A stretch of DNA of 64,000 bases from Nanobdellota archaeon (GTDB lineage Archaea > Nanobdellota > Nanobdellia > Woesearchaeales > JAHIVG01): NCBI GenBank assembly GCA_043806015.1, contig JAZDHH010000008.1, positions 37,695-101,694 on the forward strand. The letters run 5' to 3'. A program made the position numbers and the translations under genes. The notes below the pieces were generated by a model. That model did no database searches and was not told the DNA's origin. It worked only from the letters and a program-made list of their open reading frames with translations. Below are positions 17,301-25,111 of the stretch, one piece after another (the first letter of the stretch is position 1; each line of letters starts with the position of its first letter).

Positions 17301-20138
17301 ATCATCGGCAACTATGATTCATCCGACAGCTATTCTCACCCCGATGCTCTCGTCTTGATCGAATGGGACTGGGGGTATGACGGCAGCTTCACCCCGAGCG
17401 GGCAGACAGGCCAGGCCCTCGCGCACACCTGGCAGTATGCAGGCAACTACGTGGTCGCAATCCGCGTCCGGGACGATGACGGCAGCACCACAATTGCGAC
17501 GCTGCCAGTGACGGTGACGAACAATCCCCTCACCAGCGTTGACATCCTCTACGCACAGCCGGACACCGGCTGCGCTCCGCTGATGACCTACTTCATCGGC
17601 AGGGCGACGGGAGGCAATCCGCCGTATTCCTTCCATTGGTTCTTCGGCGATGGCCTGAACGACACCAGCAACAGCGACCATGTCACCCACATGTACTCTT
17701 TCCCCGGCAACTACACCGCGACGCTGCGCGTCTATGACAACGACGGCGATTCCGGGACAGACACTGTTCATATCGAGGTGCGCAACTGCACACCTCCGCC
17801 GCAGAATCACCCACCCTACACGCCGTTCAACCCTGATCCGTTTGACGGTGAGACCGGCGTAGATGTCAATCACAATCTGTACTGGTCTGGCGGCGATCAA
17901 GACGCCGGCGACACAGTGACGTATGACATCTATTTCGGCACGAACGGAAATCCCCCGCTCGCCGCATATAATAGGACTCAGGCGAGCTATGAGCCAGGCA
18001 CCCTGCAGATGAGCGCGCACTATTATTGGAAGATCGTCGCCCGGGACAACCATGGCGCGTTCACTCCCGGCCCTGTCTGGGACTTCTTCACGCAAGGGCC
18101 GGCAAACCATGCGCCGACAGCTGACTTTTACTGGATACCAGCGCACCCCTTGGTCGGGCAGCAGGTCCTCTTCGTCTCGACATCGACCGATTCTGACGGC
18201 GACCAGCTTACTTATCGCTGGGACTTCAACAACGACCATGCCTGGGACGCCTTCACCAGGAACGCGACCTGGACCTTTGCCAGCCACGGCTCATTCCCCG
18301 TCACCTTGAATGTCACTGACGAGCATGGCGCCACTGACGCCGAGACAAAGGCCGTGGCCGTCTCCCAGCAGAGCCTGAACATCACCTCGCTGGAATGCTT
18401 CCCCCGGGTCATCGTCGGCGAGAACCAGAGCTGCAGCGTGCGGCTCAGCATCCCTGTCGTGGCTGAGGTCGACCTGTTCTATCTTGACGGCTCGTCTTTC
18501 GGCAGCTGCACCACGGACCTAATCACCGGCGGCTGCGAGGCGAAAGACCTGCAGGAGACCATCGGCAATTTCACGGTCTACGCGGTCGCTCATGCTGACG
18601 GCTATCTGCCTGACGAGGACCATCAGCCGAGGTTCAGCTACGAGGTCATCCCGCACCGCTACGACATCCTTTCATTGCAGGTGTTCAATTCCACGGAGAA
18701 CATGGATCTCGACCTTCCTGATGACGTGTTCTACCGCGGACAGGACCTCTACATCAAGTTCCAGGTCGTGGACCTCAACAATCCGAACTGCACGCCTTGT
18801 GGCATCGTCACGGATGCTTGGCTTGTCTCCCCTCCCGGAGGAAGGGCCCAGCTCACCCAATTCGAGCATCAGCCAGAAACCCTGTTTTATTTCAGGCTGA
18901 CCCCCATCCCATTGAGCCATCTCTTCAAAGGCGAATCGCAGATATTCACCTTCGCCTTCAACTTCGATGACGGCTCGGGCGGCCAGGAGCAGGTCTCATT
19001 GACCATCCTCAACAACCCGCCGCTCATCCTCGGCCAGATTGGCCCGCTGGCCATGCCTGACAGCCAGCCGACCGTCATGTCGCTGACGCCTTTCGAGTTC
19101 GATCTCGAGGATCACGGCGCGAACCTCACCTGGGCAGCGCAGAACCACAACCCCGAGCTGTTCATGGTCAGCGTTAGCCCGGATGATCTCATGACAATCA
19201 CGCCGCTGGGCGAAGGACAGGGCGCCATGACACTTGTCTTGCATGACCTCGACGAGGACACCGACACCGAGCTCGTCATGATAACCGTCACATCGCACAA
19301 CCTTCCGCCGGTCGCCGAGGCAGGAGGCCCGTACAGCGGCGGCATCCTGCAGCCGATCCAGTTCGACGGCTCCGCAAGCTATGATCCTGACGGCTCCATC
19401 GTGAGCTATGCCTGGGATTTCGGCGACGGCACCTTCGGTTCAGGCGCAATGCCTGTCCACGCCTATGAGCATGAGGGCACCTACACCGCAAGGCTCACCG
19501 TGACCGATGACGACGGGGCGATAGGCTTCGACACCGCATCGGTGACCATCACCCACGAGCCATTCGGCGTCACCATCGTCGCCGAGCCGCGGCAGGGCCC
19601 GGCTCCTCTTGAAGTGATGTTCCGCGCAGAGGTCACGGGCAGCTGCCCGCAGAGCTTTGAATGGGACTTCGGAGACAGCACCTCTGGCTACCGGCAGACC
19701 GCATATCACACCTATGGGAAACAAGGCTCCTACACTGCCAAAGTGACGGTGAGGAACTGCCTCGGCGAGTCAGCCTCCGCTTCCGTGCTCATCAGCGTCG
19801 GCAGGGATCTGAACGATGACGAGGTGGCCAGGCGCAGGCTGCTCATACCGCAGTTCGAGGTCGAGGACGTCGTCAAGGCAGGCTCCCAGGTCCAGGTGCT
19901 GGTCTCGGTCGAGAACACCGGGGTTCGCATGAAAGAGGGCAAGATCACCGTCTGGCTGCGCGACATCGACGAGCGCTGCGTCCTTGGGCCCATGACGTTC
20001 CCCTCCAACGAGGAAGTGCATCGCGTCATCACCCTCGACGTCCCATCCTGGGCAAAGCCGGGAGTCTATGACGTCATGTTGCTGGTGGGTGACGACGACA
20101 TCAACCGGGTGAAATACCGGAGCATCATCGTGCGGTGA
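14397..20138 (+). CDS. Giant surface protein with multiple PKD domains and FN3-like modules
   Basis: Signal peptide MRKMILIAALVLLTALLIPSVLA, with GGAGGT 8 nt upstream of the ATG at 14397. There are at least 9 PKD signatures (e.g. FDGSASYDPDGSIVSYAWDFGDG). An FN3-like module (NPPYxPxNPDPxxxExGV...YDVYFG) occurs three times. Confidence 0.9.
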   Translation: MRKMILIAALVLLTALLIPSVLADNPSITYFVSDYDPDAGELVSIQVVVRSGYPEGHMLNYFNITEDGHIINRTNCMNYFCVNTINVTEQSGSHFFRINAIDIQKHVEMESFTITWHVTNNPPYVPSNPDPANHENGVGRDHNLFWMGGDPDAGDTVTYDVYFGLFNGTLPLVGRDMLYPTFEPGQLGYETRYQWRVVANDSHGLTVQGPVWDFMTEQQPNRPPVAEAGGPYQGNEGSTFTLNASNSTDPDHDTLWFRWDFQNDGQWDTNRSLNPISTHLYRYNGNFVAKVEVWDGELAATDTATVTVANVPIASADAVSNVSSGCIPLSVSFNASAQGGNQPYTYRWAFGDGTNSSLQNPVHLFTEDQLYNVLLTVTDNDGDTKTDSLTIDAQYCPPPNHAPVADAGGPYVVNEGQNFFLNASRSYDSDGDSIEVRWDLTDNGVWDTPWSSNRSFRTNYTSAGVYTVRVAVRDLYGLNATNVSTVTVTNVPISSMNISANDTIGCAPLSVRFRGQASGGNLPYSWFWDFDDGQNSSLQNVTHVFAERRSYVVSLTVTDLDGDELSDMVTINASDCPPLNHAPVADAGGPYVVGEGQNFLLNASRSYDSDGDSIEVRWDLTDNGVWDTPWSSNRSFRTNYTSAGVYTVRVAVRDLYGLNVTNVSTVTVNNVPISSVDILENDTLGCAPLSVRFRGQASGGNLPYSWFWDFDDGQNSSLQNVTHVFTQQRTYSVSLTVTDNDGDFSQNIVTIDASDCPPVNNPPNQPFNPDPFDGEMNVDINHNLYWSGGDPDAGDTVRYDVYFGTSASPPILVSNHPTTSFEQGVMTHDTHYFWKIIARDNHNATNAGPVWDFITSHSVPQNHDPVANAGGPYSDDEGDTIVFNGSGSYDPDDDDIWLRWDFEDDGLYDTDWSQGFTASHIYYDNGTYTVRLQVKDEHNAIAEDTATVTVRDKSPVAILAGDQSVVEGIIGNYDSSDSYSHPDALVLIEWDWGYDGSFTPSGQTGQALAHTWQYAGNYVVAIRVRDDDGSTTIATLPVTVTNNPLTSVDILYAQPDTGCAPLMTYFIGRATGGNPPYSFHWFFGDGLNDTSNSDHVTHMYSFPGNYTATLRVYDNDGDSGTDTVHIEVRNCTPPPQNHPPYTPFNPDPFDGETGVDVNHNLYWSGGDQDAGDTVTYDIYFGTNGNPPLAAYNRTQASYEPGTLQMSAHYYWKIVARDNHGAFTPGPVWDFFTQGPANHAPTADFYWIPAHPLVGQQVLFVSTSTDSDGDQLTYRWDFNNDHAWDAFTRNATWTFASHGSFPVTLNVTDEHGATDAETKAVAVSQQSLNITSLECFPRVIVGENQSCSVRLSIPVVAEVDLFYLDGSSFGSCTTDLITGGCEAKDLQETIGNFTVYAVAHADGYLPDEDHQPRFSYEVIPHRYDILSLQVFNSTENMDLDLPDDVFYRGQDLYIKFQVVDLNNPNCTPCGIVTDAWLVSPPGGRAQLTQFEHQPETLFYFRLTPIPLSHLFKGESQIFTFAFNFDDGSGGQEQVSLTILNNPPLILGQIGPLAMPDSQPTVMSLTPFEFDLEDHGANLTWAAQNHNPELFMVSVSPDDLMTITPLGEGQGAMTLVLHDLDEDTDTELVMITVTSHNLPPVAEAGGPYSGGILQPIQFDGSASYDPDGSIVSYAWDFGDGTFGSGAMPVHAYEHEGTYTARLTVTDDDGAIGFDTASVTITHEPFGVTIVAEPRQGPAPLEVMFRAEVTGSCPQSFEWDFGDSTSGYRQTAYHTYGKQGSYTAKVTVRNCLGESASASVLISVGRDLNDDEVARRRLLIPQFEVEDVVKAGSQVQVLVSVENTGVRMKEGKITVWLRDIDERCVLGPMTFPSNEEVHRVITLDVPSWAKPGVYDVMLLVGDDDINRVKYRSIIVR
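15587..16666 (+). repeat. Intragenic tandem duplication, 2 x 540 bp (a two-PKD-domain unit)
   Basis: 15587-16126 and 16127-16666 are near-identical, including two identical runs of roughly 90-130 nt (15672-15800 = 16212-16340; ~15940-16028 = ~16480-16568). A diverged third unit precedes at ~15047-15586. Confidence 0.9.
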
Positions 20139-20160
20139 CCCGACGCTGGGAACCGCAATG

Positions 20161-20168
20161 TTTAAATA
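20161..20168 (+). promoter_or_regulatory. TATA box TTTAAATA upstream of the 20239 gene
   Basis: Matches the recurrent (C)TTTAAATA motif of this window. A GGGGGG SD-like element sits at 20225-20230. Confidence 0.45.
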
Positions 20169-20238
20169 CAAGTTGTGACTATTGGATGGTTAGGAATATT
20201 AACCACTAACAAAGAAAAACTTTAGGGGGGTTTCGAAC

Positions 20239-21513
20239 ATGGGATTGAACCGCTTGGTCATGGGATTGCTTTTGGCGATTGTTCTGGGATGCAGCCTCGC
20301 GCTCGCTTCCGCGACGATCGACTGGGTCAAGATAGACAACGACGAGCTCGATGAGAGCGGCACCAACTTCATCAGGGACATGGAGCGTGGCGACGAGTTC
20401 GAGGTCAAGGTCAGCGTCACCGGCGGCAACGCCACGGTTGACAACGCCCAGATCGAGGCCACGATCAAGGGGTCGCACAACGACGACATCCGCGACACCA
20501 CCGACACCTTCGACATCAAGGCCGGCGTCACCTATGTCAAGAAGCTCACGCTCACTCTGCCGAGCGACATGGACCAGGATTCCTACAAGCTGCGCGTCCG
20601 CCTCGAGGACAGGGACGGCGTCGGCGAGACCATGAATTACGATTTCGAGATCGACACCGTGCGCAACAGCGTCATCATCCGCGACGTGGTCTTCAACCCG
20701 GACGAGAGCGTCATGGCGGGAAGGAGCCTGCTCACCGTGGTCCGCCTCAAGAACCTGGGCGAGAAGGACGAGGAGGGCATCAAGGTCCGGGCAGAGATCC
20801 TCGACCTCGGCGTCGCCGCTTCTGACTTCATCGACACGCTCGATGCCGACGAGGGCACCACCTCCGAGGAGCTGTACATGCGCATCCCGAATTGCGCCGA
20901 GCCTGGTGAGTATGACGTGAAGGTCACCGTCTCCTATGATGATGGTGACAAGTCCACCACCAAGGTGGCGACCATCATGGTCACCAAGGACGAGGCCTGC
21001 GGCCAGGCAACCCAGCCAGGCCAGACGCAGGACCAGACCATCGTCTCTGTCCCCACGAGCCAGCGCATCAGCGTCGGCAGTGGCGCGGTCTATCCGATAA
21101 CGATAACCAACACCGGTTCGCAGGCCAAGACTTATGCCTTGGCGGTCTCGGGCATCGACGCCTGGGGCACCTTCCGCATCGACCCGACCAATGTCCTGGT
21201 CGTGGGCTCGGGCGAGACCAAGACGGCCCTCGTCTACGTGAACGCCAAGGATGACGCGGCGGTCGGCACCTACACCTTCGGCCTCTCGGTCCAGAGCGGC
21301 AGCGAGACCAAGGTCGCGAACATGGAGGCCGTGGTCCAGGAGGGAAGCCAACAGCAGGGCTCCACCGGTTGGACCAGCGTCAAGAAGGGCCTGGAGATCG
21401 CCCTGGTCGTGCTCGTGGTCGTGCTCGTGATCCTCGGGCTCATCATCGGCTTCAACAAGCTGCGTGGTGACGGCGAGGATGAGGAGCAGGAGAAGAGCCA
21501 GACCTATTACTGA
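20239..21513 (+). CDS. Cell-surface (S-layer/CARDB-like) protein with signal peptide and C-terminal TM anchor
   Basis: 424 aa. The signal is MGLNRLVMGLLLAIVLGCSLALASA. It has repeated beta-sandwich-like segments and the C-terminal anchor IALVVLVVVLVILGLIIGF followed by an acidic tail. Confidence 0.85.
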   Translation: MGLNRLVMGLLLAIVLGCSLALASATIDWVKIDNDELDESGTNFIRDMERGDEFEVKVSVTGGNATVDNAQIEATIKGSHNDDIRDTTDTFDIKAGVTYVKKLTLTLPSDMDQDSYKLRVRLEDRDGVGETMNYDFEIDTVRNSVIIRDVVFNPDESVMAGRSLLTVVRLKNLGEKDEEGIKVRAEILDLGVAASDFIDTLDADEGTTSEELYMRIPNCAEPGEYDVKVTVSYDDGDKSTTKVATIMVTKDEACGQATQPGQTQDQTIVSVPTSQRISVGSGAVYPITITNTGSQAKTYALAVSGIDAWGTFRIDPTNVLVVGSGETKTALVYVNAKDDAAVGTYTFGLSVQSGSETKVANMEAVVQEGSQQQGSTGWTSVKKGLEIALVVLVVVLVILGLIIGFNKLRGDGEDEEQEKSQTYY

Positions 21514-21585
21514 ACCTCCTTTCCCTTTCTTTTTTTCTTCCTTTTTCTTCCTCTTCTTTCAACCCTTTTTCTTCTTGTTTTCTCT
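21506..21585 (+). terminator. Almost pure polypyrimidine (C/T) tract with several oligo-T runs
   Basis: Read directly after the stop at 21513: CTCCTTTCCCTTTCTTTTTTTCTTCCTTTTTCTTCCTCTTCTTTC... Archaeal termination typically uses oligo-T. Confidence 0.4.
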
Positions 21586-21629
21586 CGACGAAAGGTATAT
21601 ATATGAGTTCCTCTTCTGGAGTAGCGACA

Positions 21630-24173
21630 ATGGGGGTTCATCTGATGCGGAAGCTACTTGTCCCTTTCTTACTCATCATTTCCCTCGCGTTTTGCGCGGA
21701 GGCGCTGACCTCATCCTTTGAGGCGACGGCGCAGCATGCATCCTTCTCCCTCTGCCAATGCGACGCCGTTGCTGAGCGCATGCTCGTCCAGAACACCGGC
21801 GACCTGCCGCTGACAATCCTCGTCGAGCAGACCGGGGAGGGCGCTGCCTTCGCGACGACCTATCCGCTCGCGTTCACGCTGCAGCCAGGGAAAGCCCAGG
21901 AGATCTATTCCTATGTCAGCGTGCCCTGCAAGACCTCCAGGGGAGGCTACCCTCTGCAGACCACGTTCATCGCTGACAATGGGGTGAAGAAGCAGTTGGA
22001 GCAGGGCATCCAGGTGAGCCGCTGCCCGAACCTCAATGTCTGGGCCACGAAGGCTGAGGCGCAGGTCCTTCCCTGCCAGAGGGCGAATTTCACGTTCTTC
22101 ATCCAGAACACCGGCAAGAGCCCGGAGACCTTCGACATCAGTGTGAAGCCCCTCGGGGAATATGCGCTGCTGAGCTTCGCGGCCGTCGAGGTGCAGCCGA
22201 ACGGCACCGCGCCACTCGTGCTGCAGGTCGCTCCGCCCTGCAACCTTTCCGGAGACTTTGACCTCACGCTCTCGGTGCTCGCGCGCAAGAGCCGCTTCCT
22301 CGCCGAGACGCCTGTCGCATTGAGCATCCTCCCTTACTATAATTACTCTGTAACGTTGCCGCAGAGCATTTCTCTCTGCGAGGCGGACACCCTGGCCATC
22401 CCGGTCAGGATCCAGAACCAGGCGGGCTTCTCGAACAGCTTTGTCGTGGAAGCGATGGGTTTTGCCTCCCAGAGCTTGCAACTCGGCACGAAGGAGACAG
22501 GACATCTCAATCTCACGGGGCAGCTCGTCCCTGGAGAGCGCAACCTCACGGTCACCGTGACGAGCGTCTTCGGCAAGGCGGTCTACGGACAGAACATCAG
22601 CGTCTCGGTCGAGCGCTGCGCAGCTGTCGAGCTCTCCGCGCCGCAATACCTGACCCACGCCTGCGTGGGCGAGACTGCCTGGCTGCCATTCACAGTCAAG
22701 AATGCAGGAACAAGGGCGCAGAACCTGAAAGTCAAGGTCTCGCCGGCCTGGGCCATTGCGCCGCAAGCGCTGCAGCTCGCGCCAGGGGAACAGAAAGACA
22801 TCGTCGTAGGCATCGCGCCGGATGCTGAAGCGAAGGAAATCCCCGTCACCGTCGAGATCACCAACAGCAAGGCCCTCGCTTCGGCCACTGCGCATGCTTC
22901 CTTCGTCAGCAAGCAGGCATGCGAGTACGCCGTTGTCGAGCCGGCCGCGAAGACCATCTCTCCGATGAACCAGACCGTAACCTTCACGATTTCCAACCGC
23001 GGTGTCAGGGACGCGAACTATACGCTGAAGCTCGACGCCCCGGACTGGATCTCCCTCTCCTCGCCGCAGGTGAGCGTGCCCGTGGATGGCGAAGGCAGTG
23101 TCTCTCTGCAGGTCTCCCCTCCGAACCTCAGCGGCACCTATCCTGTCGCCCTGACCGTCTTCGTGGGAGGCAAGGACACTGAGTACCATGCCGACCTCGC
23201 GCTCAAGGTGCGCAAGCCAAGCCCCCTGATCGTCTGGGCTACCACGTTCCTCAAGGCGTACTGGATGTATGTGCTCATCGCTTTGCTGCTCCTCATCATC
23301 ATTATCATCCTGGTCGTCCTGCTGGAAGACCGCAGGCGAAGGAAAGAGGCGCAGAAGAGCAAGGAGGAACGCGACGAGGAAGCGGCAGCTGCCGCGTTCC
23401 GCGGTGCCGAGGCGTTGCAGGACCAAGGCATGCCCTACAACGCGCTGCTCGGCTATCAGGACGTTGTCAATCGCTATCGCCGGACACCCTCTGCCCGGGA
23501 GGCGAGGAAGCGCATAAGGCGCCTGGACAAGAAGCTCAGGCTCGAGGCCCAGCGCTCCGCCAAGCAGGAGATCGTGGCTGAGAAGCGGGTCGAGAAGCGA
23601 CAGGAACAGCGGCAAGAGCGCAGGCCGGGGCGCAAGAAGAAGGAGCGCGAGCCGTCCCTGCTGTTCAACATCCTGCTGACCCTCCTGATCCTGCTGCTCC
23701 TCATCGCCGCCATCGTGGCGCTCTACTACACAACGTTCAGGCGCGGCCAGCAGGAGGCGAACGCGACGGTCAGCGAGACGCCCTCGATCCAGCCTTCCCT
23801 GCAGCCATCCTTGCTGCGCGTCCTCAGGCAGGACACGCCATTGACGCTCAACCTTTCCACCATGTTCTCTGATCCGGACAATGATCCTCTGACCTTCGCT
23901 GCCGCCCCATCCGAGCATCTCAGCGTCGCCATCAACGGCAGCCTCGCGACCATCACGCCGGCAGACGGCTGGACAGGCGAGGAAGACCTCGTCTTCAACG
24001 CGAGCGATGGCAGCTCGGTCATCTCATCGCCGCCGCTTTCTTTTCGCGTGGTCGAGGGAAAGCAGAGCCTGCTGCAGAAGCTCGGCGGCTACCGGACGTA
24101 CATCATCATCGGCATCGTTGCCCTGGTCCTGCTCATCGTCTTCTTTCAGCTGATGGCAAAGAGAGAGAAGTAA
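21630..24173 (+). CDS. Multi-domain surface protein with three TM segments and an internal basic/acidic coiled region
   Basis: The ATG at 21630 lies ~30 nt after the TATATATATA box (21595-21604), so the transcript may be leaderless. The signal is LLVPFLLIISLAFCAEA. It carries CARDB-like repeats, a TM at ~aa 545, a K/R/E-rich segment with one TPR-like unit, a second TM, an Ig-like domain and a C-terminal TM. Confidence 0.8.
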   Translation: MGVHLMRKLLVPFLLIISLAFCAEALTSSFEATAQHASFSLCQCDAVAERMLVQNTGDLPLTILVEQTGEGAAFATTYPLAFTLQPGKAQEIYSYVSVPCKTSRGGYPLQTTFIADNGVKKQLEQGIQVSRCPNLNVWATKAEAQVLPCQRANFTFFIQNTGKSPETFDISVKPLGEYALLSFAAVEVQPNGTAPLVLQVAPPCNLSGDFDLTLSVLARKSRFLAETPVALSILPYYNYSVTLPQSISLCEADTLAIPVRIQNQAGFSNSFVVEAMGFASQSLQLGTKETGHLNLTGQLVPGERNLTVTVTSVFGKAVYGQNISVSVERCAAVELSAPQYLTHACVGETAWLPFTVKNAGTRAQNLKVKVSPAWAIAPQALQLAPGEQKDIVVGIAPDAEAKEIPVTVEITNSKALASATAHASFVSKQACEYAVVEPAAKTISPMNQTVTFTISNRGVRDANYTLKLDAPDWISLSSPQVSVPVDGEGSVSLQVSPPNLSGTYPVALTVFVGGKDTEYHADLALKVRKPSPLIVWATTFLKAYWMYVLIALLLLIIIIILVVLLEDRRRRKEAQKSKEERDEEAAAAAFRGAEALQDQGMPYNALLGYQDVVNRYRRTPSAREARKRIRRLDKKLRLEAQRSAKQEIVAEKRVEKRQEQRQERRPGRKKKEREPSLLFNILLTLLILLLLIAAIVALYYTTFRRGQQEANATVSETPSIQPSLQPSLLRVLRQDTPLTLNLSTMFSDPDNDPLTFAAAPSEHLSVAINGSLATITPADGWTGEEDLVFNASDGSSVISSPPLSFRVVEGKQSLLQKLGGYRTYIIIGIVALVLLIVFFQLMAKREK

Positions 24174-24178
24174 AAAGC

Positions 24179-24479
24179 TGGGGGTGCTGGGACTTTCAAG
24201 CGACACTCGTCTCCTGGGAAGGCAAGGCCCGTTTCTTTTTTTCCAGTCACGAGCCGTTATTCAGGGGCTTGAGCGCGTAGCGCGAAACCCCCATCGCAGT
24301 CTTTTTAATCCGTCAAGGACCTTTCGACCGCTCAGGTATTTTTCCCAGGTGCACGAAACCCAAAGGTTTCGGCAGCTGTTTGAACCCAGATTGGCTGGTG
24401 TCTGGCCGGAATCGTCATCGCCCGAAGGCTCCGCGCTCCTCTGGAGCCAGCCGTACTAGCCAGCTTATACGACACCCCC
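24179..24479 (-). tRNA. tRNA-Trp(CCA) with two introns (41 nt at 37/38; 186 nt in the T-loop at 59/60)
   Basis: Acceptor GGGGGTG/CACCCCC. D arm GTAT-AAGCTGGCTA-GTAC. Anticodon arm GCTGG-CTCCAGA-CCAGC. T arm CTGGG-TTCAAAT-CCCAG. Exons are 24479-24441, 24399-24379 and 24192-24179, giving 74 nt mature. TTTAAATA lies ~30 nt upstream (24508-24515) and a T5 run follows the 3' end. Confidence 0.85.
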
Positions 24480-24507
24480 AAGGGTAGGGAAAAGAGGAAG
24501 GCTTTGG

Positions 24508-24515
24508 TTTAAATA
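24508..24515 (-). promoter_or_regulatory. TATA box for tRNA-Trp
   Basis: TTTAAATA/TATTTAAA centred ~32 nt upstream of the tRNA 5' end. Confidence 0.5.
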
Positions 24516-24650
24516 ACTTATGTTGACGTGAAATCCCCTCTTGGCGGGTCGACGGCCGCCTCATTCCATTCGACGTCCTGCTCGCCACCCCGACGGAGCC
24601 AACCCCCGGCTCGCCGACCGCGAGGGGATTTCTCAAATCCCCCGACTATT

Positions 24651-24995
24651 TCAAAACGATATTTTGTCCCCGATACGAGTCTTCGTCCTCGAAACAGTCC
24701 CCGCAGGCAGCTCGATGACCGTGCAGGCGGCCTTTTTCGGGCTGTAGAAGGCGAAGGGCAGAAGGCGCTCCTTGAGCTCGACGACCCGTTTCTTCTCGTC
24801 GAGGAAGAGCACGTCGATCGGGAAGAAGACGAAGAGCATGTGCAGCGAGACCCGTTGCTTCCCCTTGAAGAGGAAGAGGAACGCCTCGTCCTTGAGCTTG
24901 CGGTGGAACATCAGGCCGAGGGCCTTGGAAGGGATGCTGCGGCAGGCCGTGACCTCGGAAGCCAGGCGACGCTTCCTGGTGGCATTGGAAAGCAT
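24651..24995 (-). CDS. DUF192 family protein
   Basis: 114 aa with ...ALGLMFHRKL...FLFLF......LHMLFVFFPIDVLFLDEKKRVVEL......TVIELPAG......IGDKI, which matches the DUF192 (COG1430) pattern. A TATA box at 25018-25026 lies ~27 nt upstream. Confidence 0.8.
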   Translation of the reverse strand: MLSNATRKRRLASEVTACRSIPSKALGLMFHRKLKDEAFLFLFKGKQRVSLHMLFVFFPIDVLFLDEKKRVVELKERLLPFAFYSPKKAACTVIELPAGTVSRTKTRIGDKISF

Positions 24996-25078
24996 GGCTT
25001 TTCCACGGCATGGTTGCCTTTAAATAGCCTTCGGTGAGGTGGACAAAGTACGGATCAGGCGGAAAAAATAACAATAAG

Positions 25079-25086
25079 CTTAAATA
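25079..25086 (+). promoter_or_regulatory. TATA box (CTTAAATA) for the 25112 gene
   Basis: Lies ~29 nt upstream of the ATG at 25112, which implies a leaderless or near-leaderless mRNA. Confidence 0.5.
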
Positions 25087-25111
25087 GTTGTTATTCCCTA
25101 GCAGTAATTTT

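Noticed and set aside
20206-23918. Long minus-strand ORFs (381 aa at 20206-21351; 735 aa at 21711-23918)
   Set aside because: They are antisense to two plus-strand genes that have signal peptides, TM anchors and promoter or SD signals. The products are Arg/Gly/Asp/Leu-rich with no motifs.
24184-25037. ORFs 24184-24459, 24415-24636 and 24528-25037. I also considered that GAAAGUC at 24191-24197 and 59744-59750 (read on the minus strand) might be RNase P CR-I, and that GGGG-CUU-GA-GCGCG...AAA-CCCC might be a K-turn ncRNA on the plus strand.
   Set aside because: The region resolves completely as a minus-strand tRNA-Trp with two introns. GAAAG|U is the 3' bulge-helix-bulge of the T-loop intron, not CR-I. 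The K-turn reading applies to the wrong strand and lacks the second sheared G-A pair.
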